Positions 63,054-64,000 of a stretch of DNA of 64,000 nucleotides are shown here, one piece after another. The stretch's first letter is position 1. Each line of letters begins with the position of its first letter. The DNA comes from an uncultured Actinomycetota bacterium (GTDB lineage: Bacteria; Actinomycetota; Actinomycetes; JAHEKZ01). The notes below the pieces were generated by a model, which was not told where the DNA came from, searched no databases, and saw only the letters and a program-made list of their open reading frames with translations. The translations under genes and the position numbers were made by a program. The DNA lies in contig CAVURN010000005.1 in assembly GCA_963743915.1 (NCBI GenBank), positions 160,001 to 224,000 on the forward strand, given 5' to 3'.

Positions 63054-64000
63054 CTACAGCGCCTGGACTCCCGCGTAGCGGGCGTTGGCGATCACGATGC
63101 CGGCCGGGGAGCTGACCAGCCGCAGCGTGTTGAGCGACGTCTCGCCGAAGGCGTTCGCCCGAGCGCTGGAGAGCGCGAGGACGCCCACCATGCGACCGCC
63201 GGCCTTCAGCGGCATCGACAGGAAGGTGGCCATCTCCCCTTCGTCCTCGGCGCCGAGGTTGCCCTCAGGGTCGGCAACCCGTGCCTGAAGGTCCCCGACG
63301 GCCACGTCCGCGCCGGTCGTGTCGGACGCCGCGTCCGCAAGTCCCTCGAAGAACTCCGCGTACTGCTGCTGCGACGTCTCGCGGGCCACCCGGATGTATG
63401 TGGAGTGGTCGTCGAGCATCAGCACCGAGGCGAGGTCGTAGTCGACCACGCGACTGAGCACGTCGAGGACCTCTGCGATCGTCTCCTCGAACCCGTGGAC
63501 ACCCGAGGCGATCTGTGTCACCTCAGCAGCGATCGACGACTCGAACAGCTTGCGGTCGAGCAGGTCGCTCACGCTGCCGAACACGTCGTCGTCCTGCATC
63601 TCGACGGGATCGGGTCGAAGGGGCGGACGCCCCCCGCGGCCGGCGTCAGCGGTGGCAAGCACCTCGTGGACGGCCTCCACCAGCTGGGGAGCCTCGAAGT
63701 CCTTGGTGAGGAAGCGATCGGCGCCGGCCTGCGCGCCCCAGTAACGGTCGCTGGCAGCGTCGAGCGAGGTCAGCAGCAGGATCGGGATGTCCGCTGTGCG
63801 CCAGTCGTCCTTGAGCAACCGGGCGGCCACGTAGCCGGAGACGCGGGGCATCTGGACGTCCAGCACCACCGCGTCCGGCATGTGGCGGAACACGAGCTGA
63901 ACCGCCTGAACCCCGTCCTCGCCCTGGACGACCGTGAACCCCTCGCGCTCCAGCACCGTTGACACGATGCGACGCAGCGTGGGGCTGTCGTCCGCAATGA
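63054..64000 (-). CDS. Receiver + GAF-like signalling protein (5' end outside the window)
   Basis: IADDS.T.R, LDVQMP..SGY, GAD.FLTK; C-terminal S.PL..G...GVL.L.S....F. Confidence 0.85.
   Translation of the reverse strand, partial: IADDSPTLRRIVSTVLEREGFTVVQGEDGVQAVQLVFRHMPDAVVLDVQMPRVSGYVAARLLKDDWRTADIPILLLTSLDAASDRYWGAQAGADRFLTKDFEAPQLVEAVHEVLATADAGRGGRPPLRPDPVEMQDDDVFGSVSDLLDRKLFESSIAAEVTQIASGVHGFEETIAEVLDVLSRVVDYDLASVLMLDDHSTYIRVARETSQQQYAEFFEGLADAASDTTGADVAVGDLQARVADPEGNLGAEDEGEMATFLSMPLKAGGRMVGVLALSSARANAFGETSLNTLRLVSSPAGIVIANARYAGVQAL

Overview
High-GC actinobacterial (Actinomycetia) chromosomal segment, mostly conserved core synteny. It contains ssrA (tmRNA, tag ANTSRTDLALAA), smpB, an S41 protease, a coiled-coil M23 peptidase, ftsEX and prfB. 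Next come a Tad/Flp pilus operon, pruA-GyrI-large NAD-GDH, WS/DGAT and HAD, then a SAF/CpaE-like + HTH_17 + Rv3235 module. The right part holds secA, GNATs, a DUF222-HNH gene, a YcaQ-like glycosylase, an OrrA-like regulator, hpf, comF, lpqB-mtrBA, a MoxR cluster, VanW and a partial REC-GAF protein. About 4 kb beyond the tmRNA 3' end looks accessory (glutaminase remnant, propeptide-less subtilase, XRE/methyltransferase pair). Many single-base frameshifts, including in essential secA and prfB, point to uncorrected long-read errors rather than pseudogenes. No CRISPR array, integrase, IS or rRNA/tRNA was seen. The most interesting signals are cis-regulatory. (1) A DnaA-box-like TTGTCCACA sits 38-39 nt before the -10 element of both the tad operon and comF, and also occurs in the SAF/HTH intergenic region, suggesting a pilus-linked competence regulon. 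(2) BldD-like boxes precede surface-structure genes. (3) 10-bp-phased direct repeats lie near a BldC/Xis-like HTH gene. (4) PafBC-type promoters precede two convergent DNA-repair genes. Product calls come from motif recognition and synteny only; no database searches were run.
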